NCBI GenBank assembly: GCA_965261735.1
Contig: OZ253470.1
Location: forward strand, 3,808,001 to 3,872,000
DNA: 64,000 nt
Reading direction: 5' to 3'
Source of the DNA: Alphaproteobacteria bacterium
GTDB lineage: Bacteria > Pseudomonadota > Alphaproteobacteria > SHVV01
Below are positions 8,686 to 26,581 of the stretch, in pieces; positions within the stretch are counted from its first letter, which is position 1, and every line of letters begins with the position of its first letter. The translations under genes and the position numbers were made by a program. A model generated the notes under the pieces. The model ran no database searches, was not told where the DNA came from, and saw only the letters and a list, made by a program, of their open reading frames with translations.

Positions 8686-9715
8686 CTTGCCTATCCGGTT
8701 AACGCCCATGACCGCTACATGTAGGGTGCCACCACTCTCCCGAGTAAAGCTCGGCATAGGTTGGAGCAGAGGTGTCGCCCGCGATGCCGAGCAATGAGCG
8801 GAAGGCGTTGAACGGGTAGAACCGCCTGTTGAAGCGGAAGGTGAACTCGTTGAGGTAGGCTTGTAGGTGCTGGTGGCTAACGCCGTGGTGGATACCGATC
8901 AGCCACGTCTTCAGGTTGGCGAAAACCAGATGGATGATCGGCAGGTATTGCTCGGCAACCTCTGGATCACCACACTCGGCAACAGCGAAGTGCTCATAGC
9001 CGCGCTTACCGAGGCCAGCATAGCCGCTCCAATCGTCAGTAACGATCAGCGATCCCGGCGCGACGGTGCTCTCGACGAACCCACAGAGCGACTCGGCGCT
9101 ACGGTCGAGCACGACGTCGATGGCACAGGAGACGGGAACCTTGTGGTGAACACCACGGCCTTCCCCACGCGTTCGCCCGCCAACCCAGGTTTCGTCCACC
9201 TCAACATGGTTCTTGGGCTGTCCACCGATCCTGTCTTGGTTGGGCCGCACCATGCCCGAGCGGAGCTTGTGGAGAATTTGAAAGGCCGTCTCGTAGCGCG
9301 AAAGACCAAGTTGCCGCTGAAACTGCACGGCGGACATGCCGGGCGTCTGACTGGCGACCAGATAAGCGGCCCAGAACCAGACGTTCAGCGGAGTGTGGCT
9401 ACGCTCCATCACTGTTCCCACCGTCAGCCCGGTGTTCTGGCGGCACTTGCGGCAGCGCAGGACGCCAGGGCGGTTTTCAAAGTGGAACGGCTCTCCCGCC
9501 GTGCCGCAGTGCGGGCAGGCAAAGCCGTCTCCCCAGCGGGCTTTCTCCAGGTAGGCGGCGCAGGCCGCATCATCGGGGAAAAGTCGCTGGAACTCGGGTA
9601 GCGAATGCGGGAATGGGAGATCGGCGCGGTCGAGAACATCCATGGCGCGCTCCCCTATATCCGGGTTGCGCCCATTCTAGCCCTAGTGGGTGTGGGTGTA
9701 AACCGGATAGGAAAG
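8686..9715 (-). mobile_element. IS1595-family insertion sequence, copy 1 (1030 bp, internally deleted)
   Basis: Terminal IRs CTTGCCTATCCGGTT / AACCGGATAGGAAAG (one mismatch); 8-bp target duplication GTTTCTTT at 8678-8685 and 9716-9723. Confidence 0.95.
8699..9643 (-). CDS. IS1595-family transposase with a 25-aa in-frame deletion
   Basis: CPHC..CRKC zinc ribbon, VEVDET, VTDDW, YLNEFTFRFNRR; 314 aa versus 339 aa for the copy at 62734. Confidence 0.9.
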   Translation of the reverse strand: MDVLDRADLPFPHSLPEFQRLFPDDAACAAYLEKARWGDGFACPHCGTAGEPFHFENRPGVLRCRKCRQNTGLTVGTVMERSHTPLNVWFWAAYLVASQTPGMSAVQFQRQLGLSRYETAFQILHKLRSGMVRPNQDRIGGQPKNHVEVDETWVGGRTRGEGRGVHHKVPVSCAIDVVLDRSAESLCGFVESTVAPGSLIVTDDWSGYAGLGKRGYEHFAVAECGDPEVAEQYLPIIHLVFANLKTWLIGIHHGVSHQHLQAYLNEFTFRFNRRFYPFNAFRSLLGIAGDTSAPTYAELYSGEWWHPTCSGHGR

Positions 9716-9983
9716 GTTTCTTTCAGAGCATCAATTGTTGTTTGTGCAAGATCAGAGTGTCTATTTCTAGTCTAGGATTGTAATTGTCAGTTCTCGGAAT
9801 CCAAGCTGGCACTATGAATTGCTATCTCGGTAACGCGAGTTTATGTGTTCACGGCTAATGCGAATTCGGGTCAGTGGAAAAGGAGAACGATGGGCCTTTG
9901 TAGATCCTGTTGGTGCCAGTCATGCATCTGGCGTAGAGCGGTACCGCTGTAGGCACAGTTCCGGCGGGTGTGGGTCTGGTATG

Positions 9984-10310
9984 GCCTCCATCGTCGACGT
10001 CTCCGCCAACCGCACGATCATCGAAATCGGCGGCACGCGGGCGCGCGCCGTACTCGCCAAGGGCTGCAGCCTCGATCTGCATCCGCGCGCGTTTGCGGCC
10101 GGCCAATGCGCGCAGACGCTGCTCGCGCAGGCGCAGATCATCCTCCAGCAGACGGCCGAGGCGCCCACCTACCGCCTCTACGTGCGCTGCTCCTTCGCCC
10201 GCTACCTGGCTGCCTGGCTCCTCGACGCATGCGCGGAATACGCGAACCTCGCCGAGTCCGCGCCGGACGCGTATAGGCGCGCGCCCAACCCCCCTCGCGA
10301 CCCTTTCTGA
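9984..10310 (+). pseudogene. soxG: Sarcosine oxidase gamma subunit (SoxG-like), 5'-truncated
   Basis: IVDVSANRTIIEIGG..ARAVLAKGCSLDLHPRAF..CAQTLLA..LYVRCSFARYLAAWLLDA; the N-terminal half is replaced by unrelated AT-richer sequence. Confidence 0.75.
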
Positions 10311-11170
10311 TGCCTGCATCGCCATTGCTCGTCGACTTCCTCGCCTACTGCTCGGTAGAGACGACGCCCGGCGCTGTTGAGGCGTTCGCGGCGTCGCGCG
10401 ATCACCTGCCACCGGGAACGAGCGTGTACATCGTCGCACCGCCGGGCCGCGACCTCGCCGACGGAATCGCGGCCGCCATTCGGTTGCGCCGCGAGGGCTT
10501 CAATCCGGTGCCCCATATTCCGGCCCGCGGCATCGCAAGCCGTCGGCAGCTCGACGGCTGTCTCGCCCGCATGTGCGGCGAGGCCGCCGTCACGCAGGTG
10601 CTCGTCATAGGTGGCAGCGCCTTGGAGCCCGCCGGCCCCTATCGCTCGGCGATGCAGCTCTTGGAAACCGGCCTGCCCGGCAAACACGGCATCCGTACCA
10701 TCGGCATCGCCGGACATCCCGAGGGACATCCGACGGTCAGTGAGGCGGAAATGATGGACGCCCTGACCCAAAAGAAGAAGCTCGCCGAGCGGAGCGACGC
10801 GGCGTTCTACATCGTCACACAATTCTGCTTCGACCCGGCGGCGATCATCGGCTGGGACAGGCGCGTGGGCGGCAGCGCCAATCGACTTCCGGTCCACGTC
10901 GGCGTCCCGGGCCTGACCTCGCCGCAAGACCTGATCAGGTTCGCCGCGCTATGCGAGATTGGCCCCTCGGTGCGACTCCTGCGGCGAGAGACCGGCCGGC
11001 TCTTGCGCCTCGCCACCACATGGACGCCCGAGCCCCTGCTCGAAGAACTTGCGCGCTACCGGGCGAGCGATGCTAATTGCGCGATCGAGCGCGTCCACTT
11101 CTTCACCTTCGGCGGCGTCCGGCGAACGCTGCGCTGGCTCGCAGCGCTTCGCGAGCGCGATATCGATTGA
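10310..11170 (+). CDS. Methylenetetrahydrofolate reductase-like protein (MetF family)
   Basis: SVETTP, PVPHIPAR, GIAGHPEGHP, IVTQFCFD, HFFTFGG. Confidence 0.85.
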   Translation: MPASPLLVDFLAYCSVETTPGAVEAFAASRDHLPPGTSVYIVAPPGRDLADGIAAAIRLRREGFNPVPHIPARGIASRRQLDGCLARMCGEAAVTQVLVIGGSALEPAGPYRSAMQLLETGLPGKHGIRTIGIAGHPEGHPTVSEAEMMDALTQKKKLAERSDAAFYIVTQFCFDPAAIIGWDRRVGGSANRLPVHVGVPGLTSPQDLIRFAALCEIGPSVRLLRRETGRLLRLATTWTPEPLLEELARYRASDANCAIERVHFFTFGGVRRTLRWLAALRERDID

Positions 11171-11202
11171 GCGCCGGACGTCTCGACACACCGATGGAAG
11201 GA

Positions 11203-11277
11203 TGGTGCCGGATGGGGGATTCGAACTCCCGACCTGCTGATTACAAATCAGCTGCTCTACCGCTGAGCTAATCCGGC
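11203..11277 (-). tRNA. tRNA-Thr (TGT)
   Basis: Reverse complement GCCGGATTAGCTCAG...CTGATTTGTAATCAG...GTTCGAATC...CCGGCACCA. Confidence 0.95.
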
Positions 11278-11351
11278 GTTGTTGTTCGTGTCCTAGAGGA
11301 TAAGGGGGTGGTGCCACGAGCGCAAAGCGGGTCGTGGGAGCGGGCGCCCGC

Positions 11352-12146
11352 TCAAGCGTCGCGCCGGAGTTCGTAGAGTGCGATCGCCGCGGCGGCCGAC
11401 GCGTTGAGGCTGGTCATGTCGGGCTCCGTCGGCAGCCGCGCCAGATCGTCGCAGCGCGCCGCCGTCAGCCGCCGCAGTCCACGTCCCTCGGCGCCGAGCA
11501 CCACGGCGATGGCGCCGGCGGGCGCCGCCTCGGCCAGCGGGGTGGCGGCCCCCGCGGCGAGTCCGAGGCGCCAATAGCCGAGGTCGGCGAGCGCCTCGAG
11601 GGCGCGGGCGAGGTTGGTCACGCGCACCAGCGGTACCCGCTCCAGCGCGCCCGAGGCGGCCTTGGCCAGCGCGCCGGTGGCGTCGGGGGCGTGGCGTGAC
11701 GTCGCAATCACCGCGCGCGCCCCGAACGCCGCCGCGCTACGCAGGATGGCGCCGACATTGCGCGGGTCGGTGAGGTGGTCGAGGACCACGACGACGGCGC
11801 GCCCGGGCCCCGACGGAACGGCGGCGAGGGCGAGGTCCGGCTCGGGTAGTGGCGCGACCTCGAGCGCGATACCCTGATGCGCCGCGCCCGGCGGCAGCAC
11901 GCGCGCGACCTCGGCACGACTCACGACATCGACCGTCGGACCCGGTGCATCGCTCCTCGCCAGCGCCTGCCCGAGCTCCGCCGCCGCCTCGCGCGTGGCC
12001 AGCGCGCGGTGGCAGCGGCGCGCTGGGTTTACCAGAGCCGCGCGTACGGCGTGGTGGCCGTAGAGCCACACGGTGCCGGTCTCGCGCCTCGGGGGCGGTC
12101 GGGGCCGCCCACCGGAGGGCGTATGAGAGCGCTTGCGTTTCGCCAT
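11352..12146 (-). CDS. rlmB: 23S rRNA (Gm2251) 2'-O-methyltransferase, SpoU family
   Basis: LYGHHAV, HQGIAL, DPRNVGAILRSA, LGAEGRGLRRL, SLNAS. Confidence 0.9.
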   Translation of the reverse strand: MAKRKRSHTPSGGRPRPPPRRETGTVWLYGHHAVRAALVNPARRCHRALATREAAAELGQALARSDAPGPTVDVVSRAEVARVLPPGAAHQGIALEVAPLPEPDLALAAVPSGPGRAVVVVLDHLTDPRNVGAILRSAAAFGARAVIATSRHAPDATGALAKAASGALERVPLVRVTNLARALEALADLGYWRLGLAAGAATPLAEAAPAGAIAVVLGAEGRGLRRLTAARCDDLARLPTEPDMTSLNASAAAAIALYELRRDA

Positions 12147-12306
12147 TAAGCGGCATATTATCTGCGCTACGAGCAGGTTAACACATCCAATCAGGACAGC
12201 AACTGGCGGCCAACCGGCTGGCGGCGTGGGCCTTTGTGCGCTTCTTGCATGACACGGGAAGGGCGGGGATTCGCACCGCGCCGGTGCAGGTCTTCAATCT
12301 TTCTGC

Positions 12307-12392
12307 GGAGGGGTGGCCGAGTGGTTAAAGGCAGCAGACTGTAAATCTGCCGACGGATGTCTACGTAGGTTCGAATCCTACCCCCTCCACCA
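12307..12392 (+). tRNA. tRNA-Tyr (GTA)
   Basis: GGAGGGGTGGCCGAGTGG..GCAGACTGTAAATCTGC..GGTTCGAATCC..CCTCCACCA. Confidence 0.95.
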
Positions 12393-12451
12393 TCCGCCCC
12401 GGGGTGGTCCGGGGGCGGGAGCCAGGAACACCGGCGATGGGAGACGTACCT

Positions 12452-12525
<74 letters not shown>

Positions 12526-12532
12526 CTCGGCT

Positions 12533-13793
<1,261 letters not shown>

Positions 13794-13807
13794 GCTTGAC
13801 CCGTCGA

Positions 13808-13883
13808 AGGAGTGTAGCTCAATTGGCAGAGCACCGGTCTCCAAAACCGGGGGTTGTGGGTTCGAGTCCCGCCACTCCTGCCA
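13808..13883 (+). tRNA. tRNA-Trp (CCA)
   Basis: AGGAGTGTAGCTCAATTGG..CCGGTCTCCAAAACCGG..GGTTCGAGTCC..CTCCTGCCA. Confidence 0.95.
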
Positions 13884-13958
13884 CGCCGCGGCCTCGCGGG
13901 GCGGTGCGCGCGTGGGCACCCGAGTGCATCGCCTGATCCCGCGCGAGTAGGACGAGAC

Positions 13959-14156
13959 ATGGCAAAAACGAGCCCGCTCGAATTCATCCGCCAGGTGCGC
14001 CAGGAAACCGCCAAGGTCACGTGGCCGACGCGGAAGGAAACGGCGACGGCGACGCTACTGGTGCTGATCATGTCGTTCCTGGCGGCGATCTTCTTCTTTT
14101 TCCTCGACCAGCTGCTCTCGTTCGGGGTGCGCACCGTGCTCGGGCTCGGGGCTTGA
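13959..14156 (+). CDS. secE: Preprotein translocase subunit SecE
   Basis: [19 protein letters not shown] plus one TM helix; lies between tRNA-Trp and nusG. Confidence 0.95.
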   Translation: MAKTSPLEFIRQVRQETAKVTWPTRKETATATLLVLIMSFLAAIFFFFLDQLLSFGVRTVLGLGA

Positions 14157-14162
14157 CCGCCG

Positions 14163-14693
14163 ATGGCGCTTCGCTGGTACATCATCCACGCCTATTCGGG
14201 CTTCGAGAAAAAGGTCGCGCAGTCGCTGCGCGAGCAGGCCGAAACCAAAGGCCTGACCGAGCGTATCGAGGAGGTGCTGGTCCCGGTCGAGGAGGTCGTC
14301 GAGGTTCGCCGCGGACGCAAGGTCAATGCCGAGCGCAAGTTCTTTCCGGGCTACGTGTTGGCCAAGCTCGACCTGACCGAGGATGTCTACCATCTGGTCA
14401 AGAACACGCCCAAAGTCACGGGCTTCCTCGGCGGCGGCGGCAAGCCCTCGCCGATCACACAGGCCGAGGCCGACCGTATTCTGCGCCAAGTGCGCGAGGG
14501 CGTCGACCGGCCCAAGCCTTCGATCACTTTCGATATCGGCGAGCAGGTGCGGGTCTGTGATGGGCCTTTCACATCGTTCAACGGCTTCGTCGAGGACGTC
14601 GACGAGGAGCGCGCCCGGCTCAAGGTCGCGGTGTCGATCTTCGGTCGCCCGACGCCGGTGGAGCTCGAGTTCGCCCAGGTCGAAAAGACCTAG
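14163..14693 (+). CDS. nusG: Transcription termination/antitermination factor NusG
   Basis: [20 protein letters not shown] motif [15 protein letters not shown]. Confidence 0.98.
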   Translation: MALRWYIIHAYSGFEKKVAQSLREQAETKGLTERIEEVLVPVEEVVEVRRGRKVNAERKFFPGYVLAKLDLTEDVYHLVKNTPKVTGFLGGGGKPSPITQAEADRILRQVREGVDRPKPSITFDIGEQVRVCDGPFTSFNGFVEDVDEERARLKVAVSIFGRPTPVELEFAQVEKT

Positions 14694-14725
14694 CGCCAGC
14701 GCAGACGAAAACATGACGAGCGGAC

Positions 14726-15154
14726 ATGGCCAAGAAGATTGACGGATACATCAAGCTCCAGGTGCCGGCGGGGCAGGCCACGCCGTCGCCGCCGATCGGT
14801 CCGGCGCTCGGCCAGCGCGGCGTGAACATCATGGAGTTCTGCAAGGCGTTCAACGCGCACACCCAACAGCTCGAGGCGGGCGTGCCTATTCCAACGGTGA
14901 TCACCGTCTATGCGGACCGCTCCTTCAGCTTCGAGACCAAGACGCCGCCCGCCTCGTTCCTGATCAAGCGCGCGGCGCTGGCCAGTAAGGGTGCGGCGGA
15001 GCCGGGGCGGGAGATGGTCGGTCAGGTGACGATGGGCCAGCTGCGCGAGATCGCCGAGCAGAAGATGGCCGATCTCAACGCCTACGACATCGAGGCGGCG
15101 TGCCGCATGCTCGCCGGGTCGGCGCAGTCGATGGGCATCGAGGTGAAGGAGTAG
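14726..15154 (+). CDS. rplK: 50S ribosomal protein L11
   Basis: [24 protein letters not shown]. Confidence 0.98.
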   Translation: MAKKIDGYIKLQVPAGQATPSPPIGPALGQRGVNIMEFCKAFNAHTQQLEAGVPIPTVITVYADRSFSFETKTPPASFLIKRAALASKGAAEPGREMVGQVTMGQLREIAEQKMADLNAYDIEAACRMLAGSAQSMGIEVKE

Positions 15155-15158
15155 GAAG

Positions 15159-15857
15159 ATGGCGGGTGCGGGCAAAAGGCTTGGATCGGCGCGGCAGTCG
15201 GTCGATCGGACGCAGCTCTACGCCGCCGAGGAGGCCGTCGGCTTGGTCAAGGCTGGCGCGAAGGCCAAGTACGACGAAACGGTCGAGGTGGCCCTCAACC
15301 TCGGGGTCGACCCACGCCACGCCGATCAGATGGTCCGCGGCGTGGTCCAGCTCCCCAACGGCACCGGCAAGGCGGTACGCGTCGCCGTGTTCGCCAAGGG
15401 CGACAAGGCCGAGGAAGCCAAGACCTCAGGCGCCGATGTGGTTGGCGCCGAGGACCTGGCCGAGCGTATCCAGGGCGGCGCGATCGATTTCGACCGCTGC
15501 ATCGCGACGCCCGACATGATGGCGGTGGTGGGCAAGCTCGGCAAGATTCTTGGGCCGCGCGGCCTGATGCCCAACCCCAAGGTCGGCACGGTGACGGCCA
15601 ACGTCGCCGAGGCCGTGTTGGCGGCCAAGGGTGGTCAGGTCGAGTTCCGCGCCGAGAAGGCGGGAATCGTGCATGCCGGGATCGGCAAGGCGAGTTTCTC
15701 CGAGGAGGCGATACTCGAGAACCTGCGCGCCTTCGTGGACGCTGTGATGCGCGCCAAGCCGGCCGGCGCCAAGGGCACGTACGTAAAGAAGATGGCACTG
15801 ACCTCGAGCGTCGGGCCCGGAATCAAAATCGATATCGCCAGCGTCGGCGCCGCCTAG
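15159..15857 (+). CDS. rplA: 50S ribosomal protein L1
   Basis: [25 protein letters not shown]. Confidence 0.98.
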   Translation: MAGAGKRLGSARQSVDRTQLYAAEEAVGLVKAGAKAKYDETVEVALNLGVDPRHADQMVRGVVQLPNGTGKAVRVAVFAKGDKAEEAKTSGADVVGAEDLAERIQGGAIDFDRCIATPDMMAVVGKLGKILGPRGLMPNPKVGTVTANVAEAVLAAKGGQVEFRAEKAGIVHAGIGKASFSEEAILENLRAFVDAVMRAKPAGAKGTYVKKMALTSSVGPGIKIDIASVGAA

Positions 15858-15894
15858 GGCGCGGTGCCTTTATCGGAATTGTGGAGCTGATCAC

Positions 15895-16419
15895 GTGGAA
15901 CGGGTGCGCAAAGAAGCCTTCGTCGCGGAGCTGAACCAGACGCTGCGCGATACCCCGACGGTCCTGCTGGCCCACTACAAGGGCCTCAGCGTCGCCGAGA
16001 TGGGCGAGCTCAGGAGGGACATGCGCAATGCCGGCGCGCGATTCCGCGTGACCAAAAACCGGCTCGCGCGCCGCGCCGTCGCCGACACGAAGTATGCGCC
16101 GCTCGCGGACATGTTCAATGGACCCACGGCCATCGCCTATGCCGACGATCCGGTCGCCCTGGCCAAGGCGGCCGTGGACTACGCGCGCAAGAACGGCAAG
16201 CTGGTCGTGCTCGGCGGCGCCATCGGCGAGGACCTGCTCGATGCCGACGCCGTCAGGACGCTGGCCGCGCTGCCGTCCCTAGAGGTCCTGAGGGCCACGA
16301 TCGTGGGCCTGCTCCAGGCGCCGGCCACGAGCCTCGCGGTGCTGCTGCAGGCGCCGGCCGCCCAGATCGCGCGCGTCATTGCCGCCCGGGCCGAGACCGA
16401 GGCCGAGACGAAGGATTGA
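15895..16419 (+). CDS. rplJ: 50S ribosomal protein L10
   Basis: [24 protein letters not shown]; gene order. Confidence 0.95.
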   Translation: MERVRKEAFVAELNQTLRDTPTVLLAHYKGLSVAEMGELRRDMRNAGARFRVTKNRLARRAVADTKYAPLADMFNGPTAIAYADDPVALAKAAVDYARKNGKLVVLGGAIGEDLLDADAVRTLAALPSLEVLRATIVGLLQAPATSLAVLLQAPAAQIARVIAARAETEAETKD

Positions 16420-16471
16420 CCGGCGCACCTGCGCCCGCGTCGCACACGTTGTAATCGAGGAGAACGAGACG

Positions 16472-16852
16472 ATGGCTGACTTGCAGAAGATCGCGGACGA
16501 CCTATCTTCACTTACGGTGATCGAGGCCGCCGATCTGGCCAAGCTTCTCGAGGAGAAGTGGGGCGTTTCGGCGGCGGCTCCCGTGGCCGTTGCGGCGCCC
16601 GGTGCCGCGACCGCGGCGGATGCGGAAGCGGCTGAGGAACAGACCGAGTTCACCGTCGTTCTCGCCGCCTTTGGCGAAAAAAAGATCAACGTGATCAAGG
16701 AAGTGCGGGCCATTACCAGTCTCGGCCTCAAGGAGGCCAAGGACCTCGTCGAAGCTGCGCCGAAGGAAGTCAAGGAAGGCATTCCCAAGGACGAGGCCGA
16801 CAAGATCAAGGAACAGCTCGAGTCGGCGGGCGCCACGGTTGAGATCAGATAG
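16472..16852 (+). CDS. rplL: 50S ribosomal protein L7/L12
   Basis: [37 protein letters not shown]. Confidence 0.98.
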   Translation: MADLQKIADDLSSLTVIEAADLAKLLEEKWGVSAAAPVAVAAPGAATAADAEAAEEQTEFTVVLAAFGEKKINVIKEVRAITSLGLKEAKDLVEAAPKEVKEGIPKDEADKIKEQLESAGATVEIR

Positions 16853-17037
16853 GGCCGCATCAACGCGCTCGTGCCACCGTTTCTTGCAGGGCCCTCCCAG
16901 CCGGCGCCGATCGAATCGGCGCGGGCCGGCGGTCGCCCGCGCGTGATGGTGGAATCGCCCACTCTCGAGAGCGCTAACGGCGCAAGGGCCGGACCCCTGG
17001 CGGGGCCCGGCCCACGGCGCCGAGCCGAGGACAAGGA

Positions 17038-21132
<4,095 letters not shown>

Positions 21133-21143
21133 CGCTTGAGTAA

Positions 21144-25391
<4,248 letters not shown>

Positions 25392-25513
25392 TCGAGCGGC
25401 CGCGCGGCGGCTCTCTGTCGCGCGGTCGCAGCGGGGACACCGGACTGCATGGGGGCGCGCCTCGCGCGAAGTCCGCGTGCGGCCGGAAAGCGTTGGGAAA
25501 TCACCGTTTTGGC

Positions 25514-25542
25514 TTGACGGGCTCAGACCGCGTCACTACGAT
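25514..25542 (+). promoter_or_regulatory. Putative sigma70 promoter of the str operon
   Basis: TTGACG - 17 bp - TACGAT, about 170 bp upstream of rpsL. Confidence 0.7.
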
Positions 25543-25711
25543 GCGGCCTCCTGGACGCAGCGTAGCCAGGCCTTAATACGGGCGCCGCGTCAGGCTCTTT
25601 TTGAGCTAGGTTCGACAGGTCAGGAGCGGGTGACGGCGCTGGGCGGCGAACTACATAGTTCGTCGCCGTTGCGTGCTTGGCACCAGTGTCCGAGGGCGAC
25701 GGGTAAACGGA

Positions 25712-26083
25712 ATGCCGACAGTTAACCAATTGATTCGCAAGCCGCGCATCAAGCAGGTGGCGCGCAACAAGGTGCCGGCCCTGGTCGGATGCCCGCAGAA
25801 ACGAGGGGTCTGCACGCGCGTCTACACGACGACGCCGAAAAAGCCCAACTCGGCCTTGCGCAAGGTCGCCCGCGTGCGGCTGACCAACGGCTACGAGGTG
25901 ACGAGCTACATCCCCGGGGAGGGGCACAACCTTCAGGAACACTCTGTGGTCATGATTCGCGGCGGACGGGTCAAGGACCTACCCGGCGTGCGATACCACG
26001 TGATCCGCGGCGTTCTCGATACCCAAGGCGTCAGCGACCGCCGCCAGCGGCGATCGAAGTACGGCGCCAAGCGGCCCAAATAG
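25712..26083 (+). CDS. rpsL: 30S ribosomal protein S12
   Basis: [22 protein letters not shown]. Confidence 0.99.
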   Translation: MPTVNQLIRKPRIKQVARNKVPALVGCPQKRGVCTRVYTTTPKKPNSALRKVARVRLTNGYEVTSYIPGEGHNLQEHSVVMIRGGRVKDLPGVRYHVIRGVLDTQGVSDRRQRRSKYGAKRPK

Positions 26084-26090
26084 GCCCGCC

Positions 26091-26561
26091 ATGTCCCGCC
26101 GCCGTGCCGCCGAGAAGCGGGTCGTGTTCGCCGACCCCAAATACTCCGATCAGGTCCTCACCAAGTTCATGAACTCGCTCATGTTTGCGGGCAAGAAATC
26201 GACGGCCGAGGGCATCGTCTACGGCGCGCTCGAGCGCATCGAGAAGCGCACTGGCCAGGACGCGATCAAGGTGTTTCACGAGGCCCTCGGGAACGTCAAG
26301 CCGGGCGTCGAAGTGCGCTCGCGCCGCGTCGGCGGCGCCACCTATCAGGTGCCGGTCGAGGTGCGCAGCGACCGCGGTCAGGCGCTCGCCATCCGCTGGT
26401 TGATCTCGGCGGCGCGTGGGCGCTCGGAGAAGACGATGACGGAGCGGTTGTCGGGCGAGCTGCTCGAGGCCGCCGAGCAACGCGGCTCGGCCGTCAAAAG
26501 GCGCGAAGACACCCATCGCATGGCGGACGCCAACAAGGCGTTCTCCCACTACCGTTGGTAG
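26091..26561 (+). CDS. rpsG: 30S ribosomal protein S7
   Basis: [21 protein letters not shown]. Confidence 0.99.
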   Translation: MSRRRAAEKRVVFADPKYSDQVLTKFMNSLMFAGKKSTAEGIVYGALERIEKRTGQDAIKVFHEALGNVKPGVEVRSRRVGGATYQVPVEVRSDRGQALAIRWLISAARGRSEKTMTERLSGELLEAAEQRGSAVKRREDTHRMADANKAFSHYRW

Positions 26562-26581
26562 ATTGTTCAGGTTCCGCCGCC

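Larger units (their letters stand above)
8529..9833 (+). pseudogene. AT-rich hypothetical gene remnant, split by IS1595 and carrying two nonsense codons
   Basis: With the IS and one TSD removed, one frame reads LPTELKTSIQNRILDKSTKICNQGKIGE*RNWWLILVDHVCHVPMTFLSEHQLLFVQDQSVYF*SRIVIVSSRNPSWHYELLSR*. Confidence 0.45.

Noticed and set aside
2400-11203. Search for an att-site duplication of the tRNA-Thr 3' end bounding the accessory region
   Set aside because: Only short matches (TGGTGCC at 9911, GGGGGAATC near 2582) were seen; too short to call att sites.
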